In this document: one piece after another, positions 23,568-38,498 of the stretch
Layout: the number at the start of each line of letters is the position of its first letter
Numbering within the stretch: the first letter of the stretch is position 1
Origin: Enoplolaimus lenunculus
Taxonomy: Eukaryota
Direction: 5' to 3'
Assembly: GCA_030248215.1 (NCBI GenBank)
Contig: JASANG010003765.1
Location: 124,001-188,000, forward strand
Length of the DNA stretch: 64,000 nucleotides
Position numbers and translations under genes: made by a program
Notes under the pieces: model-generated
Databases searched by the model: none
What the model was told of the DNA's origin: nothing
The model's input: only the letters and a program-made list of their open reading frames with translations

Positions 23568-26500
23568 ATGTGAGAAGGGGTTAAACCTCGATGCTACGCC
23601 ATGCAAGTGGAAAAATTAGCGAGTAAATGAGATGAATTGTTTTAAAATTCTTTTTGGAAATCGCTTAGTATAAAGATAAAGATCAAATAAGTAAACGCCA
23701 AAATTAAAGCTTACTCCCGTGAATATATGTCGTGAAACATAAAAAAGTCGATTACAATGTAGGAAGCATTGGATGAATAACCTGCACAAAACATGGGATT
23801 CTGTATACTTCACTTCACTTCTACAATTTCTTGAAATTTTCAAATGTTGGCAAAATATAAGTCGTAGGCTGTCTAAAATTTTTACACTTTGGCATAACTT
23901 AGGCTTAGATTTACAGTCTTAAGCTTATGAAAGAGAGGACCAGCCCCCTGAATAATAGCCGAACCCGATACACCACGTAAATTATATAGTGTGAATTGAA
24001 TATTTTTTATTAATATTATATTTTAATTTCCTTAAATTCATATCAAAATATGTTTCTTGTTAACGAAAACAACGTCTACTATACATGGTGGAAAAGTAAT
24101 GTTTACATCATTAAATCGTAAAATACGTAAAATCACCGTGAGTATTCACTGGGTATCTGCTCTCTAATTTGTTTCAGCTCACGGACACAGAATATATTCG
24201 CAGAATTGAATAAATATTGTTAAGAACAAGGTTATATTTTTATATTATTTCACCGACGACAAATACGTATTATACAAACAACAATTTTAGCGGCATAACC
24301 GATTAATACTTTGAAAGCATTGTTGACAGCCAGCTTGGGATACATGTCGATTAATTTGGTATACAGAGTTGTATATATTTGGTTCAAATTCAAATTTATA
24401 CTTTGATATGTGAATATATACAACCGGGACTGTAGCAGTTAACTTCCTTAACAAGCGGAACTGAATTCAATGAACGATCATGAACTGGACGTTTGAAATA
24501 AGTTGATGCATATATGAAAGCACGTAGCCAGCTCACCTTGGTTACTAGGCCGTTGAAAAAAGTTCAGGAGGAGCATGCAAGAGGTTTCGATGACTTACAT
24601 GGTTGAAAATTTTCTAGGGAACGGGCAGAATTCTTCCAGGGGGTTGAGCCCGCTTCTCACCCCCGATGGCTACAGGCCCGAATACATATGCATTGAACGT
24701 TTTGTTTTGCTAAAATTTCGATATTTCGTTGAAACACAAGTACAGCTAGCGAGATATTTTTTCACCATACGCAATATTAAGTTTATTCAGAATGTGAAGC
24801 ATATAAAGATATTGCTTTTTTCAAGCTTTCGATAAGTTCTTATCTATCTATAGCTGGGACGTCCCACATACGCATTTTGGGCAGCTTTCCAACTTTTCTT
24901 TCCATGTTTTGAGTGACTATACAAAGAACAGTATATATACAAATATACAAATTAATTTATGTAACTGCGAGTATATACCGATTAGCAGGTGCGAAACGTT
25001 AAAGGCAAAGAAAGCAAACTGACGTTACGCTAAATATGAGAAGAAATAGGGTTGCAAATGTTGTAACTACGTTCACTAGTGTTACATTACAATAACAAGC
25101 ATTTTGTTGCAACAAAAGCTTATATACAGTTTCAAAGTACATTTCTTGATAATTCCAACAACTGTTATGCAAAATATTCGTGTCTGGTCCTGGCAGACTT
25201 CCGTATTTGCCATGATTGCAGTCTTGGGTATTATATACTTGCTTTGTTTATAAGCTGAGCTCGCTTACCTTAAATTTTACAAAAATCCGCTGGACGCTCA
25301 TGCCTGAGAATTGTCAAACAATTTGAAATCTACTATACTCCAATTGAACTGAGGATAGTGATAGTATACAACACTTGTAGCCTTTAGACTAAACGATAAA
25401 AATAGAGTACACAAAAGCACTTCAATCGTCAAAACGTTGCACAAAAAGTCAAATATTTTTTGCAATCAAAACAACGTTTCTTCAAAAAAATACGTCAACA
25501 ATGTTTGAAAAACAACCAGATACACATACTACGGTTCAAAAACTATAATATTTAAAACCATTTTCGCTCGCTTGTGACATCTATAAATATGCCATTGCGC
25601 TTTTTGTTCAAAACCGCTTCAAAACAGTGTGTTTTATGAAACTTTTACCACAAAAACAACAATATAAACTAACGGATGCCAAAATTATTTTTTCCAACAT
25701 AAACCGCTGTGCAAGCGACGGTGAAAAACAATTGAAAAATGCACACACACATACAAGCATTTTTACGCCACGGCCATATGTTTGAACAGTTTATAGCAGC
25801 AGGAAACACTAGAAAGAAACTGTTATTTTTGAATTCAAACCACACACCATTATTGGTTATGATGGTACGCTGCGTTGCGTATTATATTAATACACATTTG
25901 GCGTGGTGGCTAGTCTGGTTGTTGTGTTGAACCATACAAATATACAAAAATAGAATCTGCCTTAAAAACGGGGCGCTCTCAGATGCTAAAGTATACACCG
26001 ATGTGACTATATATTGTTCAGGATTGTTTACTCAATGCCTACAGTGATACAGTTTTAGCTGACTACAATACTACTGCCATTTACTACAAAAACGGTTTTT
26101 AGAAAAGCTATTCAATTTTAACCGAAGCAACAGGCCTTGTCTAAGAGAGCGGTGTGTGCGCGTGTATGTGTGCATTGGATTTCTTTATTTCCTTAAAACC
26201 CGAATACAAAACGATGTATCGTGCCACCATCCTGGTTGGTCCTTTCATCTTTATGTTGGCAAAAAAACACGCAAACTAAACATTAAATAAAACAAGTCGC
26301 GTTTTAAAACCACTGTGTGTGTCCCATGATTTTATTCGTGCGTAAATTATAAATGCACAACATATTCAAGCAACGAAAAGCACGAAAGCACCCCCTCTAC
26401 CATGTGCTTTGAATAAATGCGACAGGTTCCGTCTACTACTATAGGCTGTACCGCTGGCGCTAGAAGAACAGCAATCAGTGAACTGGAAACACAGGCTACG

Positions 26501-28069
26501 AGTGTGCTAGTAGAACTGCTAGGCTAGGTTTTATTTTCGCCAAAAACCAGCACCAATACAGATATAGCTGCCAAAAACATTGAAAAATATTTATTAATCA
26601 GCTGAACAAACACAAAACAACGCCTGCCAAGCGCCATTACTGTTTTCACATCATTATGCATAAACAAACGGGTGATGGTTTGGGTTTTATGAGATAAAAA
26701 AGGTGAAATACAAGTACTTGACTAAATATGTTTATGAAGAGCACAGAAATAAATATGTAAGATTATGTGTTTTTGGTAAAAACGAAGTGGCGTTGCTTGA
26801 AAGTCGAACAGAAACACATAGTCTGATGAATATATACGCCCGATGTGTAGTATCACATCGGAATGCGGGACGAGCACAGTGCCAGAGCAGGTTAGGGTGC
26901 CGCCCCAAAATTCCGGAGTGGGGGCGTCTTGTGATGATTGAAATATTTTTTAAATTTTTTGTTTGAAAAATTGTTACGGTGGGAACCCTTCTTTGAGCTG
27001 CGGACCCCCAATTGGGGGTATAGGGAAGTGTCTGCTTCGGCCCAACAAAGAAGCAAAAGGTAAACTCGTAGAAATTTTTGTGTTCAATTTTGGAGTGGTT
27101 TAGTTGATTCACTCAACTTTGTATTCCACCAACTCAGTCGCTCAGACTTAGAAGGGGCTTTGCGATCCGAATGTTGTTGTCGACAAAATTTAGCGTAAAT
27201 GTAGCATTTTTTTAATAAATATATATCTTAACTTCAATGTTTCTATCGTTTAAACGCGTAGTTTTTTGGTTACAAGTGAGTTTAAAATAAGCTGTCTATG
27301 ACATCGACACAATAGCGTTGTCCTGGTTATCGTGTTAGCCGTTTAACAGATACGCTTGACCTTATAAATATTAAACGTACTCAAGTGTAACAAGCATACA
27401 CACTCTTTAGAATATAACAAAACTTAAGACAATGTCCTCAGACGCGCTCAGAACCAAAAACTGCTGTCATAAATGTCAGTGTCGAATAAGCAAGTTTCGT
27501 CGCACAGTCAAGTATATGCCGGTCACATGCGCGTATACAACACGAGTTGAAATAAATTTTCTGCTTTCAACACAATAGGTAAACTTTTTCAACAAGATTT
27601 GAAAATTTGGTAAAAATTTAAAAATTTTAAAACAAAAAATACAATAATACCCCGATGGAAAAGAGAGCCCGCATAATTTTTAAAATTATGTTTGACAAGC
27701 AATAACAATTTTTTTCAAAAAATTCCTTGTCGGTAAATTATAAAAAATTTCTAATGCAATTGTCTTTACCCTGATGTCGAACTTTTCACAAGATTACAAT
27801 TACTGACAAAAAGTATAGCGACGTTTTGAATTACCTATTGACAGTTTATCAATAATCATGATGGTAGTCCATAATCTAAACTCCCCATGTTATTTTGAGG
27901 GGCGTAATAGTAGTAAAAAACATTGAGAGTGGGCTTGAACAATGTGTTTTGTACCTTTGGTTGAGCTTTATCAGAGCTGTACGTTTATGTTGCTGGAGTA
28001 AAAGGTAAGTTTTCATATAAAAGCAAGCCTGTTTTTAAAATCAGCCTTAATAGAATATAGGTATCTTGA

Positions 28070-28260
28070 TACTTATTCTCAAATGCATATAGCACCTATC
28101 ACCAGTAATTGGTTTTCAAACTCACGAACTGCTGCAATTGCAGATTTCAAAATTTGCACAGCAGTAGGTTACGAATACAACAAATATGTTGAAATTCAAA
28201 CTTCACCATTCACTGGTTCGAAAGTTAAAAGACTTGTCACCAACTGGTAATAGGTGCTGA
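28070..28260. mobile_element. MITE family G copy (inverted relative to 9585)
   Basis: tattctcaaatgcatatagcacctatcacc...tcaccattcactggttcgaa...taataggtgct. Confidence 0.7.
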
Positions 28261-31200
28261 AGCCAGTATTTGGGACGTATAAGCAAAAAATGTTCATACT
28301 CTAGGATTCAGCAAGTTTTATATTGCAAACATTTTAAATTTACTTTTTTCTCGCCTCCAGAATTTCCGGTTGAAAAAATCTTTGTTTTTCGTTGTTTTCA
28401 CCGTTGGGCTTGGTGCATTCAGCTTAATAATTGTTGGTAACGTAGCCAATCACTTGGCGATTACAAATATTTGAAGTTTCCTTAAAATCGCTAAAATTTA
28501 AATTATACACGTTTATTAAGGGAGACATAACTTTCAACTAGACGCTGCGATTCGAATCCTGGTTTGAAGTAAGTTGTTGTACTTAATAGTAAATATTCAT
28601 TTGAGAAACGTTAAGCGTATCATAAGGTGCGCTGCAATGAAGTTCTCATTAATAGGTTAACTGTGCGATGCTATGGCAAACAAGGGCTTACAACAAATCA
28701 TGGATACCAGTTTCATTAGTAAAATTATGATTAGCAAAAATTTGCGACATTTCGATTGTTTAATTCTCGTGCGGAACAAATTTTAACAATTTACAATGGT
28801 TAGAGAACTTTTTGCACCAGTACAAATCGTACAGATGTCAACCTAATATGAGCGCATAAAACACAGATATAATCCCTCAGTGGGCTCTTCACAGCGCTAA
28901 AAAATGCGCCTCCATCCATAGAAAAGTCAGCTTTGCTTATAAAAGTCATGTGTTACGCGTAAAACTCGTGGAAATTGTTCCCATTTGCATTTTCAGCCGG
29001 CGATATGGATTAGAAACGATAGCATACAGATTAAAAACCAAATCCAAGCTGTATAAGCAATAGTTGTAGTACGGCTTTGCGTTCTTCCGAGATATGAACG
29101 CACGCTTGCTGCATTGCATATGTACGATACGCGTTCTGTTTTAAGACTTGCTTGCAAACATCTGAATTGGTTTTATGAAAATGTAGCTTGGTTCTTGGTT
29201 TTTGTTGACAACAAATACGCGTTTAAAATACATTTTTCATGCAAGTGTCAAATTTGTTTGCAAATATCTTGTGCAAATGTGGAAAAATATATACTTTTAG
29301 TACTATCATGATTATTATAAAGCTGACAGACCCCTCTGCTGTGCGAAGTAGGTTTGATGGCATGAATAGCCAGAATAGTTGTTGACATTTTGAATATGAT
29401 AATTTGTACAGAACACATAAAAGTTTTGGTCAATGTTAAGTAGTATAAGCATACTCCTAAACCTAACTGTCAGTAGAAGCATAAACCTGTAACTAAGCCT
29501 ACGCCTAAGCCTAAGCGTAAATCTAGGCGAAATACTAGTCTAAAGCTTAGGCTTACTGTAGCGCAGCACCCCGATAAGCGGTATGCCCCTCGAAGACGAA
29601 TTCAGGAATAATAAATTTATCAGCTCGAGTCGTTTTGTATATGTTTCAAAGCAATAACGAAATTTTGAAAAGCTTTCAGTGGAAATAATAGCTGTGTTAC
29701 GCAAAATCCATCGAAAGCGTGCACCTTCAAGCCATTGGCCAAGTAAGCATGGGAGACAGGTTGAAATGCTACAACAGCTAAAGCTAAAACTGTTATATTT
29801 TGTGAAAAATAAAGAGATGCGCGCATTTGCGTGTTCTAATCCGGTAAGTAATTACTGTTATTGAGTTCAAAAGTCTAAGTTCAACTTGTTCAATTTTAAC
29901 TCATGGATAGACACGTCAATTACTACTGATACAGTTAGTTCCTTGACAACCATCGTATACAGAGGGGTATACAAAGAAAGGGATTAAGGGGAAATATCTC
30001 GCACCGGAACTTTTTTGGAGAAAAGGTCAAAATGATTCTTCCGTATAAAACTAATATCCTCCCGAACCGAAGTTTTAGCTACGCCTCTGGTCGTATACCG
30101 TTTTTATTCTGCGAACCAAAACAACTCTTAACACATGGTTGCCAGCTTTTAGCGACATTGACAGAGGCATGTTGCCAAAACACGACACAAATACATCTAA
30201 ATGTTTGTGCTCAAATTGCAGGCACAAAATAACACTCGAAACACAATAAAAAAGCCCCCATATTTTGACACACACACAACCGTATTGTGTAATAAGCCCA
30301 CTCGTCGACTGTAGCCAGACCTTGTGCAAGGACCTTGTGAGTTGCTAGAACACCGTGGTTTAGAGTGTGCCAGTGGGGATCAGTTGTATTGGAGAAAGTT
30401 GCGAAAAACCTGTAGCAGCTGTAAATTTCCTAAATTTTCTGCACAATGTTTACATATCTCTGTATTAAGTATATATATTATAATTTGTATATTAGATACA
30501 TATACATACATACATATATATAAATATATATATTTATATAATATATAGGGACTTCATGGAGAAGCAACAGCAACCCCTTGAACGTGCCTGCCAGCGCCCA
30601 TGATGACGACTAAATAGAAGCTATGGTAATACCACAATGGTACTGAAAGTGCCACGTGTATAGCACAGAACTCAAAAACACATGACTGTTAATAGCGAAA
30701 GAAATAATAACCCACGGATACCGCACGTGGAGGGTGAAAAAATAGTAATTTTGCAACGGTGGAAACGACATTTTTATTGAATACGTAACAATAAAGCGAG
30801 CCACACAGCAGCAGCAGCCACAAAACCTATTTTACTCGAAATAAAACCTGCCTGCCAGTACACGCATGGTAATAGTTCTCAAGACAGAGATGTTCGATAA
30901 AACAAAAATACTGTTTTTATTGTGACCAAGAAACAACGCGACAACGTATACAATGTTCGCACAATTGGATTTGATAGACCGAGGCATACACACCAAGATC
31001 ATAGCAGCCACATCGCAGCCGGAACAACACGGCACAGCCCTTGCCGTAAATGACAACTTCACCGCCGTTTGATGGCCGAAATTTTTAAGCATTGAAACAA
31101 TTCTGCGTAATTATAAAAAAATGTTTCTTAGACCTTCCGTAGTCCGCATAAATCTTACTGTTCCCTACATTAACAATTCCTGGTTGTAAAGTTGTGGTAC

Positions 31201-31461
31201 ACATAGAAAGAAATATATATATAAAAGAGAACAAGCGGCGTTTTCTTTGTTGGCAACAACAACTGGCAACGTGTCAGCTGGAATAAACTAAAAAGAAGTG
31301 TGCCTTTGAACAGAGCGGAAGCAGCATAAATAGCGTTGATGTTGAATGGCTGTGTGGCTGCTTTAAAACTAAGAATAGCATCGCGATGGCTTCGTAAAAC
31401 CTTCGTTTCTAACAGCAAAGATTTGAGCGGTTTAGGAACCATTGTCTTTTTGTAATGAAGT

Positions 31462-31617
31462 CAGGCCGGTAGCCAGTTCAGCTTGCTACATGGGCTTTAC
31501 AGGTTTTACGAGGGGTATCCAAGAGTCTTCGATGACGTAATACAAACAAGGTTGAAAATTTTTTGTGGGGGGGGGGGCGAAATTCTACAAGGAGGACTGC
31601 GTCTGGCTACCGGCCGG
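31462..31617. mobile_element. Short GC-rich hAT-like MITE
   Basis: TIR caggccggtagccag / ctggctaccggccgg. Related fragments near 20790-20940 and 24520-24680. Confidence 0.65.
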
Positions 31618-31994
31618 AATTTAAGTTGTCAATCTGGAAGTGGTTTGAAAACGTTGATAAACACATACAGTTTATAGATGCATGCGACGGCTCTTGTACA
31701 CTTCCGCCACCGGCTTACATCGTGTAAGTTCAGGCTTAGGCTTAGGCTGAAGTTTCGGAAACGGCTTTCCTCAGCGTAATCTTAAGCCCAAACCTTGGAA
31801 TATGCCTTAAGCCTGAACCTAGCTTAAACCTATATAAAGCTGTGGGAAAGTTGGTTACTTTACTAAGAATATTACGAGACGAAACTGTATCTCTGATGAT
31901 AAAACTATGACAATTTCTGTCGTTCCACTAAATACAAAAATGTTTGTTAAATCTATCGGCACGTTTCGCAATGCTTAAAACATTGTTAAGGACA

Positions 31995-32205
31995 CACTGC
32001 AAAATATGGTCAGTCAAATTGACTCCCTCCGAAATAGGCTTTACGGGACTGCACGAACTGAGTCAAATTCCACTCCGTCAGAGTCAAACGTGCGACTCAG
32101 TGAGCCAAATTTGGCTCTGGTAGAGTCGAATTTGACTCAGTTTGTGTAGTCTCATAGAGCCTATTTCGGAGAGAGTCAATTTGTGACTCCCCATTTTTTA
32201 CAGTG
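31995..32205. mobile_element. CACTA/CMC-like foldback MITE
   Basis: Ends cactgcaaaa / ttttacagtg, 2-bp TSD ca, internal gagtcaaatttgactc palindromic repeats. Confidence 0.78.
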
Positions 32206-33330
32206 CACATTTAATGAAGGAAATCATTGCAGATTTACTGGTTCTTTACCCAGACTCTGCTTTGCAAACATCGTTCTGGTCTAAATATAAGGTTCGGCAA
32301 CGCAACGAAACTAATACTGTTTGGTTACTTTTTTTTCTGGAGACAAAACTAACAAATTAGTTAAAAACAACACCAATGGCGGCTTCAAACGTGAAAATGC
32401 AAAAAAGTGCCCCACTTTAGGACACGTTCGCATTATTGTTCATTACGTCTGAAATAGCAAATTCCTGGTATTGGCCAAATTAATACCATGCTACGTCCAA
32501 AGGTTCCTAACCAGAGGGGCACGGGGGGCGGGCGGGCGCCTCAGCCCCTACATTGAAAAAATTAACTTCGTTCCCTTAACCTGACAATATGGCCTCCAAT
32601 ATGTCACGCGCGGGTATCGAGTCTGTTTACTCAAGTCAGTACACCCCAGTTATACCACCATGATGGGGACACACAAAAAATTGTACTGTTTACACAAAGG
32701 GTTTCGTAGTTGTTTGCTTCTGCTGTTGTTGTGTCATGTTATTTACTTTTACATAATGCATGAACGATCGTTTGACAAATGGTTTTCAAAGAATAATGCA
32801 GACTTTAGATTGTGTTTCACGTTCAATTCTACGAATCGGTTTAGCACAACAACTGTATATTGTTGTCAAACAAATAATTTTTAACCTCTGTGAATTTTTA
32901 GACCGAACATCTGCTGGCATTAATACATGGTTGCATCTAGCATCACATATGTAGTATCATAATCTATGCATATAATTAAGGCTACAATACCCCACATACG
33001 TATTTTGGGCAAGTTTCTAACACATTTTGTTTACACCAGTTTCGTAGCACATAAACGGGATTGTTCTGTAATTAGAAAATTTGAATACAGGTTTTTATGC
33101 ATTTGTAAACGCTTTTGCAATATTGCGCAAAGTTGGACGACTAGTAGCAGTATGAATTAGCACGGTACAGGTCATATAGTTGTAAATATATACAAATAAA
33201 TGTATTTTTTGTTGAAATTGATATGTTACTTACGTTAGGTGGTGTTTCATGCGCGACAAAGCTATCATTATTGTTTTGATTTTAGTAAAACAAGTGCCTG
33301 ATGTTTTTAAAAAAAATTGTTAAGAAAATC

Positions 33331-33570
33331 GGCCAATGTTACTTCTACTGGCGCAGCAGTAACCTAAGCATAAGCATATTCCTATGAATAAGCATATTCT
33401 TAAGCCGTAATCTAAGACTAAGTATCAGCCTAAGCCTAATCCTAAGCATAACAATAAGCCTAAAATTAAGACTATATAATCAATAAGCCCACACAGAAAA
33501 TAGTCTAAAGCTGAAGCCTACGCTATTGCAGCCCGTGGAATAACAGAACGCCTCTGATAGTAAAATGGGC
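33331..33570. mobile_element. Family B MITE copy
   Basis: ggccaatgt ... gcctaa arrays ... aaaatgggc. Confidence 0.7.
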
Positions 33571-33788
33571 GAGAAACTATATATGTATGAAGACATTGTA
33601 AGAAGACAGATTAATTTGTTTGCTTTACATTGTTGCATACAGGTCAATGGTTAGCTTGATAACTCAAAACTGAGGGGTAAGAATCCGTTTCGTACTGTGG
33701 TGCTCACAAAAATCGGTTCACTATAAATACGACGGGTCATACAATAAAATAAACTAAAGTAGCAATAAATATACGTCCAAGACAAAAC

Positions 33789-33965
33789 GGCCGCTGTATA
33801 GAACAGGTCTGCAACAGTATAAGCATATTTCCTTTGCCTAAGCCTAAGTGTAAGAATGAGCTTACACCAAAAGCCTAATTCTAAGCTAAAAATTAGCCTA
33901 AACATTAAGCTTACTGTATTGCAGTCCCGGAGAAAAACGTTCCATCCGCGATCTTTAAATGGGCC
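33789..33965. mobile_element. Family B MITE (8-bp TSD)
   Basis: ggccgctgtatagaacagg...gatctttaaatgggcc with perfect TSD gacaaaac. Confidence 0.88.
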
Positions 33966-34755
33966 GACAAAACGGTAGTTTTTTGCAACATCTGTATGCG
34001 TTTAACACCTAAATATCATTACTTAATTTCAAACACTAAAACTCAAAATCATTGCGTAGGCAGTAATAGCATAAAGCACCAAGCACTTATAAAATAGCGA
34101 AATGCCAGCCATTTTTAGCCGAATATTATATCCAGTTTTCTTTCTGCAAAATAAACTCTATTTTTAGCCAGTTTTAAAAACATTATTTCCAGCCGTAACC
34201 AAAAAGCAGCTGGGTACAGTGCCAATATATTGACAAAACCGTTTTAACAACAGCAATTTTAGATGTACATTGTTCGATCGAGAAAAAACGGTAAAAACAG
34301 AAGCATAATATCGCTTTCTTTATTGAAAGGATATAATGAATGTATGAATAGAGAAAAGCATACATATTATGAAGATTACATTACCGATATAACTTACATA
34401 GCTACGCATTTTTAGCTCAGGCAAATGTGTCAGGCTCGAGGCAGGGTAGTCCAGCTCTTTTGTATGTTTACGCAAACAATTCGAAAACAATAGCCAGCCT
34501 GGTCAATGAAAATGTGTAGAGAGACGCGGAAGTTTGAACGTATACACGACTTTGTATTATAGAAACTAGTACACGTAGTTGCAAACATGTGCAACTGGAT
34601 TATGGCATCTCCGGACCTAGGTTAAATTTTTGCCTGGCCCATCATATTAAGTGAACGAAATTAAAAACGGCCTTTTAAAAAGCTGTAGTGCTTTCAGACA
34701 TGTATATATACAATGCATACAGGCTGAATGTGCATACGTAACGTAAACAAAAATC

Positions 34756-34822
34756 TGTTGGAACGCTGCCCAAAATACGTATGTGGGATTCCATATAGAT
34801 ATGTGGGGCGTTCCAGCTTTAA
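34756..34822. repeat. Dispersed repeat family H end
   Basis: Reverse complement of cccacatacgtattttgggcag seen at about 24864 and 32990. Confidence 0.6.
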
Positions 34823-35491
34823 TATATAGATTAACAAAATAACATGTTGTAAAACGTGTGATCAGAACCATGCATAAATACGTTTGCAATAAAACATTGC
34901 GGAAATTTATATATACGTATAATATGTATTTATATATTATATAAATATATATTTGTATATCGGTATATATTTACATAATTACGTATCTATAAGATGAAAT
35001 AGTTCAGCTTGTCGCAAGAAATGTGATAATCCAATAAAGTCTGCATTGTTCGAAAATTAATTATTTTTTATTCTTTGAAGTGCATATCCAATGACGCCAC
35101 AACTTTACAGAGCAATTCATTAATAACAGGTAACATTGACATAACTGCCAACAGGAAAAGGTCTCAGAATTCCGCGAACTGATAAACTAATGCTTATTGT
35201 AGTATAAAACAACCTGTATATACTTGAAATGGTTCTAAATTTTTTGCGCCGTACAGTTCCTTATAAATCAAACGATATAAACTGAAAAATTGTAACTCAA
35301 CGTGTTCATTATATGGATTTGGAGTTAAAACAGCTAAGAGTATACTCAGAAGTCAAGAAGCACAATGATTTATGTGAGGTGGGGTCAGCTCCGACTCCGT
35401 TTACCATGTACAAAAATGCATGCTTTCCTTTTTAGTTACACTTCTTCGAAATTACAACATAATCTCGAATGTCTGTCAGAGTAATGCAATT

Positions 35492-35970
35492 GGATGTTTT
35501 CGGTTATCCCCCCATAGCCCGCGTTTACCCAAAATTTGTCATATTTTGAAAATTTTTGCATATTTCAGCTTGTCATAATTTGCCCTGATCATTTCACACC
35601 CAAATTTGAATTTTTGAAAAATTCGATTTTTTAAGGTCCCAAGGTCCCACCTTGGGATTTTTTGTCTAAACGTTTAACAAATTACATACCATTTGATGCA
35701 GCTTGTGAAGCTCAGTCCAACTGTGTTAAATTTTTTGCAATCAGACGATTGGTTAACAAATTATGGTCAAATAAACTGATTTGGCGCAAACCCAAACCGT
35801 TGGTAGTGCGCCAAATCAGTTATTTAACAATAACTTGTTAACCACTTGTCTGATTACAAAAAAATTAGTACCATTACACTCAGCTCTACAAGATGCATCC
35901 ATCGAATGATATAATTTGTCAAAGGTTTTGACAAAAAATTTTGGGTTCTGAGGGGGAACCTTGGGGGACC
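35492..35970. mobile_element. Family C element: unique arm plus about 340-bp palindrome
   Basis: Palindrome centred near 35797 (aactgatttggcgc / gcgccaaatcagtt). Homologous copies at 46351-46826, 59420-59800 and partial 37345-37500. Confidence 0.78.
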
Positions 35971-36173
35971 ATTAACTTATACGAGACATTTTTATGGTTT
36001 AAGGTGATTGCTTTCGAAATATACTTTTAAAATTGTATGAATATAGGTAGCGTTAAATTTTGAAATATGAAATTCCGCACTGAACATAATTTGGTCCGGG
36101 ATGCAATTACGCACCCTATTTTGAATTATTGACGTTTATAGGATAACTAATCATTTTAGACCATGCCCATTTA

Positions 36174-36520
36174 CTGTAGTGACACAAATAAGAGAGGTGG
36201 GAATGATATTTATTTGGCCTCTCCAAGGGTACAACTGATATTTATTTTTAACCCGCCGTCTGCAACTCTTCGTTACTGATGTATATCCGGTATAGGAACT
36301 ATGCGTTGAATTAAACGTTTGTCTTGTAACAAAAGCTTGAGCGATAATGCAAGCTTATACTTAGGAATGTACTTTCAAAACTAAACTATGCTTTAAGGTC
36401 TTGACATTTTTATGGACTCTAATTAGTCTTTAAGGACTCCGTCCGCTAACGTCCTTTTATTAAGAATACAGACTCATATTGCTCAAAATGATGACCCCCC
36501 TCTTATTCCGGTTACTACAC
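36174..36520. mobile_element. Family A MITE
   Basis: ta|ctgtagtgacacaaataagag ... ctcttattccggttactacac|ta. Confidence 0.85.
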
Positions 36521-37988
36521 TATGGTTTCTAATTAAGAAAATAGAGTTCTACTTGTATTTCTACACCCTCTTGTTTGAGTCACTGCAGAACGCCAGAATA
36601 TACGTCATAATATATACAAGTTCTATAAAGCTACAAGTGATGCCAGTGCCAGCCATATCAAATTAATACATTTGTGTATCTTGACTTAAACTTCTGTTTT
36701 AAACGTACTCAAACTTATAAAATTTCACCTCATTCTGACACTCGTTCGCACTCCGTTTACACGTCAATTATCATTGGCACTTAGTATATGCCGTAGTGCA
36801 AACAATGGGTTGCGGAGCGCTGGTTTTTATAAAAATCAACAATGATTTAACCGAAAAGCAACTTTAATACCAAAGAATCTCTCAACAACATATCTATAAA
36901 TAGTTTTGTAATCGAATACGGTAAAGTCTGCGATTGTAGCATTTTAGCAGAATTTTTAGGCAAAAACGTAATGTATCATAGCAGTTTCGAAACCTAAATT
37001 GTTGTGTTTTTAGTCTACGTTCAAGCTAAAAATACAAAATGTCTACAAAATTTAAAAATTATTGTTCAAAGGTTGAATCACGAGAGTTTCCCGTAGTCGA
37101 TAGACACAACATAGCAGCAACATTTCGATTGAAAAAACAGTTTTAATGTTGAGTCACAGCGGCTACTGATATGCATTCACGATCATCCTTTATCTTACGT
37201 TTTGTGAACTGCTACAATTTTTTTGCAGTGAGTTCTGTTGAAAAACAATACCTTAAAAATAAAAATTTATTGAGATTTTGTTATCGTACCATATACAAAC
37301 TGCTTACCAGTTTGATAAAAAAATTTGTCGGTCGGAACAATGCCACCTTTTGGAATCGCAACAAAATGAATTTTTGAAAAATTCAAATTTGAGAGCGGAA
37401 TGATCAGGATAAATCATAACAAGCTCAAATATGCAAAAAATTTTCTAAATCCAACCATTCATCAGTGAATGCGGGCTTTTTGGTATAACCGAAGACCCAA
37501 GATGTCTGGATAGACGGCGGTTCGTCGTTTCGCTCACGACGTAACCACAGCCCTGTGTAATTGAGTAGTTTAAAGTAGGCTGTCAATAACGTTTTAAAAG
37601 GTCGCTATATTGAATTTTTTTGTCAGGTGTGACATCACCGAATTTATCACTGCGACAGTTTTCAAAAAACAAAACCAAATTGCTTTTAAAAATTGTTATT
37701 CTTAGCTCTTTATATGCCAGCAAAAAAACGTGTTGTTTTGGGCAATAAAACAACTCTTCAAGCTGTCGTGTTTTGCTTGACTACGTTACTGCTTCGTTTA
37801 TAAAAATATCTTTGCGCAGACTGTATGTCTTGGTTCGTGATTTTATTGAAATTAACTTTTTGGCCTTATATATTTTTGGATTAAACACAATCATTGGGTG
37901 GAACTTGTGTACGCACAGTCCCGAAACCGACAACGTTATGTAAACTCTCCGTTTGAACATCCTCATCGTTGAATAAAAATATCATATG

Positions 37989-38138
37989 CAGGGCCGAAGC
38001 AGCCACCACCATTCCCCGTTTTGGGGGCGCCCGGTTGGAACAAAAACCGCCGATGTGTTAAAATGTGCCTGGCTTCTCGCTCGCTTCGCTAGCGAGTTTG
38101 GGGAATCCAAGCCCCCACCCCTGTCTGCTCCGGTACTG
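37989..38138. mobile_element. Short GC-rich hAT-like MITE
   Basis: TIR cagggccgaagcag / ctgctccggtactg. Similar to 9878..10088. Confidence 0.68.
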
Positions 38139-38498
38139 CATATATGAATATAAAATATGTGCACTGTATTGAAACAAAACTTTTAGCTTTAATACTTCCT
38201 GGTTTAAATTCAGTCGGAAGTTGGGAAGCGGGACGGGGCATGTGCCTCCGATAAGCAGATTGGTGTTATGGGGCACTACTTCATTAAAATTTGGGAAGAA
38301 TGATGGGGGGTCTCTCGGACAGCCTATTCACCGATCAAATGGAACTTGTATATGCTCAGAGCCGAAACCGACAGCGACATGTTTGAAGGCTTCTGTCTGT
38401 AAACAAGGATCTCACACCCATGAATAAGAACGATGACCTCCTCGGAGAACTAATGTTTCCTTCGGACATTCGTAACTGGGCGCTTAATTGAACGTTTC

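Noticed and set aside
5350..34750. FoxP autoregulatory GTAAACA motifs scattered through the locus
   Set aside because: The observed number looks comparable to chance expectation in AT-rich DNA, with no obvious clustering.
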